From the NCBI GenBank assembly GCA_947631715.1, contig CANRMK010000001.1, forward strand, positions 1 through 44,222: a DNA stretch of 44,222 nucleotides. Direction: 5' to 3'. How positions within the stretch are numbered: the stretch's first letter is position 1; each line of letters opens with the position of its first letter. The notes under the pieces were generated by a model. That model searched no databases, had not been told where the DNA came from, and saw only the letters and a list, made by a program, of their open reading frames with translations. The stretch comes from an uncultured Acetatifactor sp. GTDB taxonomy: Bacteria > Bacillota > Clostridia > Lachnospirales > Lachnospiraceae. This document shows positions 1-9,058 of this stretch, piece by piece. Position numbers and translations under genes: made by a program.

Positions 1-18
1 TTTGTCCTAATTTTTCTC

Positions 19-47
19 TTGACGCTTAGAACAAAATGGGCTAAAAT
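19..47 (+). promoter_or_regulatory. Putative sigma-70/SigA promoter upstream of the sortase gene
   Basis: TTGACG (19-24), 17-nt spacer, TAAAAT (42-47); GGAGG SD at about 110-114 before ATG 123. Confidence 0.6.
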
Positions 48-122
48 ATAGAACGATTCATTATGTATGTAAAACAAAGCTAGGAAAAGAAACAAAGAAC
101 GTAAAACCGGGAGGAGAGCCGT

Positions 123-989
123 ATGATGAACAGAGAGCCGCAAAGACATACACGCCGCCGCAGCGAGCGGACAAAGGCCATACTGATCCTCGTGCTGCTC
201 TGCGCGGCGGTGATCGCCGGAGCGTCCTGGGGAGTGCAGACATACAGGAGGCAGCGGGCGGAGGATAAGTTCGCGGAGCTGGCGGAGAGCACCTGGGAGA
301 GCGGGGAGGGCCACAGCGAAGGGCCGGTCCCGGAGACGCCGGAGCCCACTGTGGACCCTGTGGATCCGATACAAAAGCTGCAGGACATGGGCGTCCCTAT
401 CCCTGAAAAGGAAGTGGATGTGAAAGCTCTGCAGGAGGAGACGAACCCGGACATATACGCGTGGCTCTATATACCCGACAGCAGCATCGACTATCCCGTG
501 CTGCAGCACCCTACGGACAACAGCTATTACCTGAACTACAACATTGACGGGAGCAAGGGCTACCCCGGCTGCATCTATACGGAGAACTATAACAGGAAGG
601 ATTTTTCCGACCCCAACACGGTGATGTACGGGCACAACATGAAGAACGGGAGCATGTTCGCCGATCTCCACAAGTTCGAGGACAGCGAGTACTTTTCGGA
701 GCACCCTTACATATACGTCTACACGGAGGAGGGCCTCCTGGTCTACCGGGTCTTCGCGGCGCATCAGACCAGCAATGAGCATATCCTGTACAGCTGTGAT
801 TTTTCCGACGGGGACAGCTATGAAAGGTATCTGGAGGGGATCTTTGAGAGCCGGGGAATGAACGACAACATCGCGGAGGACGTTGAGGTGACGAGGAACG
901 ACAGGATCCTCACGCTCTCCACCTGTGTCTCCAATAAGCCTGAAAGGCGCTATCTGGTGCAGGGGGTGCTGTTAAATGAAGCGGAGTGA
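123..989 (+). CDS. srtB: Class B sortase
   Basis: N-terminal TM anchor; NPDIYAWL, IDYPVLQ, YGHNMKNGSMF, catalytic TLSTC and downstream Arg (PERRY). Confidence 0.92.
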   Translation: MMNREPQRHTRRRSERTKAILILVLLCAAVIAGASWGVQTYRRQRAEDKFAELAESTWESGEGHSEGPVPETPEPTVDPVDPIQKLQDMGVPIPEKEVDVKALQEETNPDIYAWLYIPDSSIDYPVLQHPTDNSYYLNYNIDGSKGYPGCIYTENYNRKDFSDPNTVMYGHNMKNGSMFADLHKFEDSEYFSEHPYIYVYTEEGLLVYRVFAAHQTSNEHILYSCDFSDGDSYERYLEGIFESRGMNDNIAEDVEVTRNDRILTLSTCVSNKPERRYLVQGVLLNEAE

Positions 990-2031
990 CTTAAGGGGCT
1001 GGCGGATCCTGGTGCGGGCCGCCCTGGGAGCGGCGGGTCTCATCTTTGCGTGCGCGATGGTCTTCCTGATCATGCAGCTGTCCGGAAAGAACAGCCTGGC
1101 GCAGGAGAACAGGGGAGCGGTCCCCTTGCTGTCCCAGTCCGCCCTGACAGACGGGGGGATCATCGACTTAAATGGCTGGCAGGAGGGGGACGTGCGCTAT
1201 CAGGGCGTGCATTACCGTTACAATAAGGACATTATGACATTCCTCTTCCTGGGGATAGACAAGATGGAGGAGGTAGGGCCTGTAGAGGACCAGCTGGACG
1301 GCGGACAGTCGGACGCCATCTTCCTGCTGGTGCTGGATCCGCATAAAAAGGAAATCTCCGTGATCGGGGTGAACCGTGACACTATGACAGATGTGGACGT
1401 GTACAACTGGCTGGGAGATTATCTGAACACCGTTACCTTACAGCTGTGCCTGCAGCACGGGTACGGGGACGGGGCCCAGGTCAGCTGTGAGAGGAGCCGG
1501 GAAGCAGTGTCGAAGCTCTTCTATGGACTGCCGATCAACGGCTACTGCGCCATAAACATGGGAGCCATACCGCAGATCAACGATGCGGTGGGCGGAGTGA
1601 GGCTGACAGCGCTGGAGGACGTGCCGCGGACGGACATCAAGGAGGGGGACGAGGTGCTCTTAAGAGGGATGGACGCCTACTATTACCTGCACAACCGTGA
1701 CACTACGAAGGCGGAGAGCGCCCGCAGGAGGCTGGAGCGGCAGAAGCAGTACATCTCGATCTATGCGGAGACGGTGATGGCATCGGTAAAGGCGAACCTG
1801 ACGCTGCCGGTGGGGCTGTACCGGATCGTGGACAAATATATGGTGACGGACATATCTGTCAATGAGGTGAGCTATCTTGCCACCCAGGTGGCGGACTACC
1901 ATTTTGATACGGACCATATCTACACCCTGGAGGGCGAGACCGTGATGGGAGAGAGGTATGAAGAATTCTACCCGGACGAGAGAGCGCTGTACGAGCTGAT
2001 CCTGAAGATCTTTTATGAAGAGGTAGAGTGA
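976..2031 (+). CDS. LytR-CpsA-Psr (LCP) family glycopolymer ligase
   Basis: N-terminal TM; FLFLGID, GQSDAIFL, VNRDTM, NDAVGGV, RRLERQKQY motifs typical of LCP domains. Confidence 0.88.
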   Translation: MKRSDLRGWRILVRAALGAAGLIFACAMVFLIMQLSGKNSLAQENRGAVPLLSQSALTDGGIIDLNGWQEGDVRYQGVHYRYNKDIMTFLFLGIDKMEEVGPVEDQLDGGQSDAIFLLVLDPHKKEISVIGVNRDTMTDVDVYNWLGDYLNTVTLQLCLQHGYGDGAQVSCERSREAVSKLFYGLPINGYCAINMGAIPQINDAVGGVRLTALEDVPRTDIKEGDEVLLRGMDAYYYLHNRDTTKAESARRRLERQKQYISIYAETVMASVKANLTLPVGLYRIVDKYMVTDISVNEVSYLATQVADYHFDTDHIYTLEGETVMGERYEEFYPDERALYELILKIFYEEVE

Positions 2032-2115
2032 GGAGGACTTTCAGGAGCTTATCAAGGTATCCTGCCGCAAGGCTTGATATAACCACATGAAAATAGGAAA
2101 GGAGGAACGATTGAA

Positions 2116-2742
2116 ATGAAAAAATTATCCAGTATGATCGCACTTGGGCTGACACTGTCCATGCTGATGGGCATGACGGTGTTCGCTTCAGATTCACCTA
2201 GCGGTAATGCACTTCCGACGGCACCCGAAGGCAGTAATTACACGGTGAATGAATTTAACCTCAGTGATTCCAAAACTACAGAGGAGCAGGCTATGGCGGC
2301 ATTGCCTGCAGAGGCAAAAGCCCAAAACGCGAAAGAAGTGATGAGGTTTGATTTGACCGGAACTAGTGCACCGCCCAATAACGAGGTGAAGCTGACAGGT
2401 ATCAGCGTCGTGAAATTAAACGACGGCAAGATCTATAAGGCACTGCACTTTGTGGACGGCGCATGGAAAGTTCATGATGTAGAGGTTACAGGGGACGGCG
2501 CCATCACCATCAAGGGCGTAACTAAGTTCTCGCCTTTCATTCTGGTGTCTTACACTGAGCCCGAAGAGGAAGAGGAAGACAACGGCTACTATGTAGATAC
2601 TGTAGCTGCACCTGCTTCTGCGACCGGTACACCGGTATCTCCTAAGACCGGCGAGACGTTCCCTGCAGCAGTAGCAGTGATGTTCGCTGCACTGGCAGGC
2701 GCAGCAGCAGTCGGAGCCAGGAAGATCGGCATGAACCGTTGA
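2116..2742 (+). CDS. Small secreted cell-wall-anchored protein (sortase substrate)
   Basis: Strong SD GGAGG; signal peptide ending VFA-S; KFSPF motif; acidic and Pro/Ala/Thr linker; C-terminal SPKTG + hydrophobic helix + RK tail. Confidence 0.85.
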   Translation: MKKLSSMIALGLTLSMLMGMTVFASDSPSGNALPTAPEGSNYTVNEFNLSDSKTTEEQAMAALPAEAKAQNAKEVMRFDLTGTSAPPNNEVKLTGISVVKLNDGKIYKALHFVDGAWKVHDVEVTGDGAITIKGVTKFSPFILVSYTEPEEEEEDNGYYVDTVAAPASATGTPVSPKTGETFPAAVAVMFAALAGAAAVGARKIGMNR

Positions 2743-2830
2743 GCAAAGAACAAAGCAATTGATTGATCATGCATGATTGATCGACAGGGAGACCTGTTCA
2801 TCAAAATTATTTCCTGACATGTGGTTTCGG

Positions 2831-2857
2831 TTTGCCCCCCCGTCTCGGGGGGGTAAA
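2831..2857. other. GC-rich hairpin built from opposed C7 and G7 tracts
   Basis: TTTGCCCCCCCG-TCT-CGGGGGGGTAAA, 12-bp stem with one G-U pair, no following U-run. Confidence 0.6.
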
Positions 2858-2940
2858 TCGTAGAATAAAAAGATCGTAAGATGATCATAGAGAAAGATCG
2901 TAGAACAAAAAGAAAGATCGTAAAACAAAAAGAAAGATAC
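2855..2940 (+). repeat. Degenerate tandem repeat with AAGATCGTA core (20-bp unit x2.5 plus partial copies)
   Basis: AGAAAGATCGTAGAACAAAA (2891-2910), AGAAAGATCGTAAAACAAAA (2911-2930), AGAAAGATAC (2931-2940); ATCGTA also at 2857 and 2873. Confidence 0.75.
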
Positions 2941-2965
2941 CGAGGCAATACAGAGGTGATACGCC

Positions 2966-4423
2966 GTGTACAAAAGGGGAGCGCAGGGGTGGCTCAAACA
3001 TCTCGATTTCATATTGCTGGATCTGGTGTGCCTGTACGCAGCGTTCGTGCTGGCATACGGGGTGAGGTATGGGAGCTTCTCCTTTTATGAGGAGGAGGCG
3101 TACCGGAGCCTGGCGATCGTGCTCTTCCTGAGCGACCTTGCAGTGGCGATCCTGTTCAGCTCCTTCAAGAACGTGCTGAAAAGGGGATTATACAAGGAAT
3201 TTGCCATGACAGTGAAGCACGTGTGCCTGCTGGAGGCGGTGGTGATCGTCTACCTGTTCTCCGTCCAGGAGAGCATGACCTATTCCAGGCTCGTGATCTA
3301 CCTGATGGGAGTGTTCTATTTCCTGCTGGGCTATGTGAGCAGGCAGGCGTGGAAAAAGCATCTGCTCCGGGTCATGGGATCGGAGAGGGCGGGGAGCCGT
3401 TCCCTGCTGATCGTCACGGTCTCCCGGCTGGCCCGGGAGGCGGCCGGAAATGTCAGCCTGCACAATTACGAGCAGTTCAGGCTGGCGGGGATGGCGGTGC
3501 TGGACCGGGACATGAGAGGACAGAAGCTCGCCAATGTGCCGGTGACGGCCGACGCGGACGATGTGCTGGAATGTGTCTGCCGGGGCTGGATCGATGAGGT
3601 GCTGATCTACCTGCCCAGGGAGGAGACGGGATACAGGGAGCTGACGGAGAAGTTCCTGGAGATGGGCGTGACGGTGCACACCGTGCTCTACCAGGCCCTG
3701 GAAAATAAAGGGCAGAAACAGTTCGTGGAGCGGATCGGCAGCTATACGGTGCTCACGAACAGCATCAATTGCGCCACCCTTACCCAGCAGATCATCAAGC
3801 GTGGCATGGACATCGCGGGAGGCCTTTTGGGAAGCCTGATCACCTGCGTGCTGTTCCTGTTCCTGGCGCCTGCGATTTGTATCCTGTCGCCGGGGCCCGT
3901 CTTCTTTAAACAGGAGAGGGTGGGGAAGGGTGGGAAGCGCTTCCAGATGTATAAGTTCCGCAGCATGTATCCGGACGCGGAGGAGCGGAGGAAAGAGCTG
4001 GAGGAGAAGAACCGCGTGAAGAGCGGCCTGATGTTCAAGATAGAGGGGGATCCGCGGATCATCGGGAGCAGGGTGCTGCCGGACGGGAGCGTAAAGAAAG
4101 GCTTCGGGAATTTCATCCGGGATTTCAGCCTGGACGAGTTCCCCCAGTTCTTCAATGTGCTCAAGGGGGACATGAGCCTTGTGGGGACAAGGCCGCCCAC
4201 GGTGGACGAATGGGAGAGGTACGAGCTGCACCACAGGGCCAGGCTTGCGATCCGTCCCGGAATCACGGGGCTCTGGCAGGTGAACGGCCGAAGCGGGATC
4301 ACGGACTTCGAGGACGTGGTGAAGCTGGACACCCGGTATATCACGGAGTGGAGCATGGGGCTGGACTTCCGGATCCTGTTCAAGACCGTGGGAGCGGTAT
4401 TTGGAAAGCGGGGGGCGATGTAG
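2966..4423 (+). CDS. Priming glycosyltransferase (polyprenyl-phosphate sugar-1-phosphate transferase, CpsE/WcaJ-like)
   Basis: N-terminal TM helices; KRGMDI, FFKQERVG, YKFRSM, SLDEFPQFFNVLKGDMSLVGTRP, PGITGLWQV. Confidence 0.93.
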   Translation: MYKRGAQGWLKHLDFILLDLVCLYAAFVLAYGVRYGSFSFYEEEAYRSLAIVLFLSDLAVAILFSSFKNVLKRGLYKEFAMTVKHVCLLEAVVIVYLFSVQESMTYSRLVIYLMGVFYFLLGYVSRQAWKKHLLRVMGSERAGSRSLLIVTVSRLAREAAGNVSLHNYEQFRLAGMAVLDRDMRGQKLANVPVTADADDVLECVCRGWIDEVLIYLPREETGYRELTEKFLEMGVTVHTVLYQALENKGQKQFVERIGSYTVLTNSINCATLTQQIIKRGMDIAGGLLGSLITCVLFLFLAPAICILSPGPVFFKQERVGKGGKRFQMYKFRSMYPDAEERRKELEEKNRVKSGLMFKIEGDPRIIGSRVLPDGSVKKGFGNFIRDFSLDEFPQFFNVLKGDMSLVGTRPPTVDEWERYELHHRARLAIRPGITGLWQVNGRSGITDFEDVVKLDTRYITEWSMGLDFRILFKTVGAVFGKRGAM

Positions 4424-4489
4424 GGGGAAGCGTATTGTCGATGCAGCATGGCAGCCATTGCGGGAAAACGATAATGTGGGGTGTGGATC

Positions 4490-4939
4490 GTGAAAATATG
4501 TCTGGTGGGATCATCGGGAGGACATCTTGCTCACTTGTATATGCTGAAGCCTTTCTGGCAGGATAAGGAACGCTTCTGGGTGACATTTGACAAGGAGGAT
4601 GCCAGAAGCCTGCTGGAGGGCGAAAGGATGTATTCCTGTTATTATCCAAGTAATCGGAGCTTGAAAGCACTTGTAAAAAATACTCTTCTGGCCATCAAAA
4701 CGCTGAGAAAAGAAAGACCTAAATTGATTATTTCATCCGGTGCCGCTGTGGCTGTGCCGTTTTTCTATCTGGGGAAGCTATTTGGAGCCAGACTGATTTA
4801 TATTGAGGTATTTGATCGGATCAATACTGGAACTATGACAGGGAAGATGGTATATCCCATTACAGATCAATTTATTGTTCAGTGGGAGGAAATGAAGAAG
4901 GTGTACCCCAAAGCGGTAAACCTGGGAAGTATTTTTTGA
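4490..4939 (+). CDS. Alg14-like glycosyltransferase subunit (CpsF/PssD-like)
   Basis: MKICLVGSSGGHL start (GTG 4490), SSGAAVAVPFF, IYIEVFDR, FIVQWE. Confidence 0.88.
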   Translation: MKICLVGSSGGHLAHLYMLKPFWQDKERFWVTFDKEDARSLLEGERMYSCYYPSNRSLKALVKNTLLAIKTLRKERPKLIISSGAAVAVPFFYLGKLFGARLIYIEVFDRINTGTMTGKMVYPITDQFIVQWEEMKKVYPKAVNLGSIF

Positions 4940-5010
4940 TAGTATTCAAAGAGAGAATAGGAATAAGTTCGACAGGCAAAAAGCAAAAACAGTTTTTGGA
5001 GAAAGAAAAA

Positions 5011-5520
5011 GTGATCTTTGTTACGGTGGGAACACACGAGCAGCCCTTTGACCGTCTGCTTCGATGTGTGGACGGGATGAAAGAAGATGGCCGGATTCGG
5101 GAAGAAGTTATCATGCAGACGGGATACAGTACTTATGAGCCGAAATTCTGTCAATGGCAGAAGCTATACTCCTATCAGCAGATGCAGGAATTGGTGGATC
5201 GGGCCAGAATCGTTATAACCCACGGCGGCCCTTCCAGTTTTATTATGCCGCTGCAGATAGGAAAAATCCCGATCGTTGTTCCGCGCAGACATGAATTCAA
5301 TGAACATGTCAACAACCACCAGGTGGAATTCTGCAGGATAGTGGCGGAGAGGATGGGCTCGATTATTTTGGTGGAGGAAGCAGAGCAGTTGGGTGAACTA
5401 ATAAATCGTTATGATGATCTGGCCGGGCGGATAAAGAATGGTATGACAAGCAATAATGCGGAATTTAACGCGAAATTTAGTAAAATAGCGGAAGAGCTGT
5501 TTGAGGATAGATTCGGATAA
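5011..5520 (+). CDS. Alg13-like glycosyltransferase subunit (CpsG/PssE-like)
   Basis: MIFVTVGTHEQPFDRL start (GTG 5011), ITHGGPSS, EHVNNHQ. Confidence 0.88.
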   Translation: MIFVTVGTHEQPFDRLLRCVDGMKEDGRIREEVIMQTGYSTYEPKFCQWQKLYSYQQMQELVDRARIVITHGGPSSFIMPLQIGKIPIVVPRRHEFNEHVNNHQVEFCRIVAERMGSIILVEEAEQLGELINRYDDLAGRIKNGMTSNNAEFNAKFSKIAEELFEDRFG

Positions 5521-5565
5521 AGGTAAAAAGCACTATGCACAAAAAAGTACGGAAATGGTGTAAAA

Positions 5566-6680
5566 ATGTTTAAGGCAGGAATTATGTCCATGCAGAGAAT
5601 CGCTAATTACGGTTCCTTTCTGCAGGCGTATGGATTAAAAAGCATGCTGGAAAATTTGGGATGCGACGTGCAGTTCGTGGATTATCATCCAGGTGAAGTT
5701 TTGGCGCCTCCGGAGAGAAGAACCACAGGGGGCGTTAAGTTCAGAAAGGTTATTGAAATCATTCAAATGAAGGCTCCCTGGCGGCATAAGATTCAATATC
5801 TGAAATACAAGAAGAATTATGCTGCGAACTATTACCCTTATCTGGGAATCAGCGACGAGAAAAACTATGCGCCTGACCTGGATCTGCTGATTATTGGAAG
5901 CGACGAGGTGTTTAACTGTCTGCAGAGCAACCCCAATGTGGGATTTGCTCCCGAACTGTTCGGAGAGGGACAGCATGCAAAAACAGTGATCACATATGCG
6001 GCATCTTTTGGAAATACCACAGAAGAAAAGTTAAAGCAATATGGCCTGGAAGAAAAAATAACTCCGTGGCTGGCGAATTTTCAAGCCATTTCTGTTCGTG
6101 ATGCCAACAGCGGGATAATTATCCGCTCTTTGACGGGAAAGGAACCGGAATATCATCTCGATCCGGTATTGACCTATGATTTTTTAAACCGGTGCAGCGG
6201 AATCCCTAAGGAAATCCCGGAATCGAACTATATGCTCCTATATGGCTATTCCGGCAGGTTCACGGAAGGGGAGTGTGCGGCCATCAGGGCATACGCCAGA
6301 GAAAGGAGACTGCAGATTTTCTGTCTCGGGGGGTACAGGAGTGCTGCGATCGGTTTATCGACTGTCCGCCGCTTACCGTAATTACGTATTTTCAGCGGGC
6401 TGACTGTGTGGTAACAGATACTTTTCATGGCACTATCCTTTCGATAATTGCCCATCGGAATTTTGTGTCGCTGGTGAGAGAGGAAGGCTACGGGAACAGT
6501 GAAAAGCTGTCCGATTTGCTGCTGCGCCTGGGACTTTCTGACAGAAAACTGAATCATATAAAAGAGCTGGCGAATCTGCTGGATACTGCGGTGGATTATA
6601 CGCATACAGATAAAGTCATAGCATTGGAAAGAGAAAAAGCGAAGACGTATCTAAAACGTTTTGTCCATAACGGGAGATAA
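5566..6680 (+). pseudogene. Polysaccharide pyruvyl transferase family gene frameshifted at G6 tract 6328-6333
   Basis: NYGSFLQAY, GSDEVFN, YAASFG, ISVRD, LDPVL in the first frame; VVTDTFHGT C-terminal motif in the next frame; one extra G gives a continuous ~371-aa ORF. Confidence 0.85.
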
Positions 6681-6681
6681 A

Positions 6682-7864
6682 ATGGGAACGGTGTGTGAAA
6701 GAAATTTATGCGATGGATGTAAGGCATGCTTGTCTGTCTGCACGAAAGGCGCGATTACAATCGAAGAAAATATGGAAGCTTTCAACGCTTTGATCGAGGA
6801 AGCTTTGTGCGTAAAATGCAATCAGTGCAGAAAGACCTGTCAGCGTAATCGTTCCCCGAAAGCCGTAAAGCCCATCCAGTGGTATCAGGGCTGGGCCTGT
6901 GAGGATGAGGTCAGAGCCCGGAGTGCATCAGGAGGGGCAGCCTCCGCTCTGATCCATACTTTTCAGAGCATGGGTGGGGCAGTCTGCTGCTGCGTTTTTG
7001 AGGAAGGGCATTTTGGCTTTCGTTTTCTGAACCCTCCTTTCGACATGAAAAGAGTTGCCGGCTCCAAGTATGTGAAAAGCGACCCTCAGGGAATCTATGA
7101 AGCGATAGAGAAAAAACTAAAGCTGGGTGAAAAAGTGCTGTTTATCGGCCTGCCGTGCCAGGTCGCAGCCGTAAAAAATTATTGCGGAGCGGAATATACA
7201 GACAAGCTGTATACCGTTGATTTGATCTGTCATGGGACGCCGTCTGTCAGAACGCTGGAATTGTTCCTGCAGCAATATGGGATAAAGCCGGACGATCTGG
7301 AAGATATAAAATTTAGAAAAAAGGCTCGTTTTCAAGTCTTTGAGGAGCAGAATGACAGTTATAAAAGAATTGCTAAGAGCGGAGTACAGGACTGCTATAT
7401 GACAGCATTTTTAAACGGCCTTTCCTATACGGAAAACTGTTACCATTGTAACTATGCAAAGTTAGAGAGAGTATCAGATATTACATTGGGGGATTCCTGG
7501 GGAAGCAGGCTGCCCCAGGAGGAGATGATGAAAGGAATCTCCTTGATCCTGTGCCAGACTACCAAGGGACTGGATCTGGTTCATAGATGTGCTCTGAAGC
7601 TGGAACCGGTGAATCTGGAAACGGCGGTCAGAAGCAACAGCCAGCTGAGAGCACCTGCACCGAAGCCCCCCCCAGCGGGACAAATTTTTCCAGAACCTGC
7701 GCCAGGGACGTAAAATGAACGCCTTAGTGAAAAAATATTATCCGCTAAAGTGCCTGTGGCATTGGGTGAAGGGCTTTGCAGGAAGTGCCCGGGCTGCTTG
7801 GGGGGGTAATTATAGGTATGGGGTTGAGTATGTAGGGGAAAAACGGAGTTATAAAGGTAGTTGA
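6682..7864 (+). pseudogene. FrhB-like (F420 hydrogenase beta-type) 4Fe-4S protein; C-terminus apparently frameshifted at C8 tract 7666-7673
   Basis: Two CxxCxxCxxxC clusters, SASGG, GSKYVKS, GLPCQV, DLICHG, CYHC, SDITLGDSWG. The current ORF stops at 7713; removing one C gives QRDKFFQNLRQG...KYYP ending 2 nt before the next ATG. Confidence 0.75.
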
Positions 7865-7866
7865 CC

Positions 7867-9048
7867 ATGATACGTAATGTGAAGGTGAAGGCTGTTTTAG
7901 TAAACAGGGTTTTTCCTATTTTTACTATAATAAACAGGATAATACCAAAAAACCAGAATAAAATATTGATTTATACGGCGAATGATGCACTGAAAGATAA
8001 CAGTAAGGCTGTTTATGACTATCTGATCAGTAATCAGTATCATAAAAAGTATAAAATTGTTTGTTGCACAAAGATACAGAAGAATATGTTATCTGAAACC
8101 GAACAGAAAACAATTAAGATTGGCAGAGGATATAAGGCAGTAAAGTTTCGCCCCAGGTTTTTGGGTGTAATATATTTTATGACCGCTGGACATGTGCTGT
8201 ATTCTGAGGGAAAAATCCCTATCAAGCCGACACAGAAGCAAAAAGTTATTAATATGTGGCACGGTATTCCGGTAAAGAAAATAGGCTTGCTTTCCAATCT
8301 TCATAATGGTAATGAATTTTTCTTTACTTATGTGTGCGCATCCTCAGAATTTTACAGACCGATCATGGCGAAAGCTTTTGGATGCCCGGAGGAGAATGTC
8401 TGCATATGTGGAGAACCGAAAACAGATCGACTTTATACTCTAAAAACAAAAAAACAAGGATCAATAAAGTTAGTGGTATGGGCTCCAACATTTAGACAGT
8501 CGTCATATTTAGGCTATAATGATTCTCTCATGCCGACCTTTTTGCCGTTTATAGAAAATTCTGAATGGGAGGAACTGAACGAAGCGGTCAAAAACAGAAA
8601 TATAAAGTTATTGGTGAAGCTGCACGGGGCTCAGGATTTACATGGGTTCCAAGAAAAAATTTTATCTAATCTTGAGATATATGGTGATGTCGCGTTTCGG
8701 AAACGGGGGCTGAACCTTTACGATCTCTTGGCAGAATCCGACGCTCTTATTGCGGATTATTCATCGGTATATCTTCATTATCTTTTGCTAGACCGGCCTA
8801 TAGGTTTTGCACTGGGTGATATAGACGAGTATCGAAATACAAGAGGGTTTGTTTTTGATAATCCATTGGATTATATGCCGGGTGAGAAGTTGTATAGTAA
8901 GTCAGAACTGTATAGTTTTATGGACAAAATTGTACAAGGTATTGATGATTATGCAAAGGAACGCCAAAGGGTATGTAACAAGATACACATGTACAATGAT
9001 GGGAAAAATTGTGAACGTGTTTTAAAAATTGCAGGGATAACAATATAA
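7867..9048 (+). CDS. CDP-glycerol glycerophosphotransferase (TagF/TagB) family protein
   Basis: NMWHGIPVKKIG, GEPKTD, WAPTFR, VKLH, IADYSSVY, LLDRPI motifs. Confidence 0.85.
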   Translation: MIRNVKVKAVLVNRVFPIFTIINRIIPKNQNKILIYTANDALKDNSKAVYDYLISNQYHKKYKIVCCTKIQKNMLSETEQKTIKIGRGYKAVKFRPRFLGVIYFMTAGHVLYSEGKIPIKPTQKQKVINMWHGIPVKKIGLLSNLHNGNEFFFTYVCASSEFYRPIMAKAFGCPEENVCICGEPKTDRLYTLKTKKQGSIKLVVWAPTFRQSSYLGYNDSLMPTFLPFIENSEWEELNEAVKNRNIKLLVKLHGAQDLHGFQEKILSNLEIYGDVAFRKRGLNLYDLLAESDALIADYSSVYLHYLLLDRPIGFALGDIDEYRNTRGFVFDNPLDYMPGEKLYSKSELYSFMDKIVQGIDDYAKERQRVCNKIHMYNDGKNCERVLKIAGITI

Positions 9049-9058
9049 CTTTCTAATA

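Noticed and set aside
2831-2857. Hairpin as a canonical intrinsic terminator
   Set aside because: No U-tract follows on either strand; kept only as a structural feature
2855-2940. Short repeats as a possible mini-CRISPR array
   Set aside because: Units are directly tandem with a 20-bp period and no unique spacers; no cas genes in the window
3188-4458. Long antisense ORFs (348 aa and 238 aa) and other shadow ORFs across the window
   Set aside because: They lie opposite well-supported GC-rich genes, carry no motifs and have no SD; typical codon-bias shadows
6682-7713. True F420-dependent hydrogenase subunit (methanogen-like metabolism)
   Set aside because: No other hydrogenase or F420 genes; the context is a polysaccharide operon
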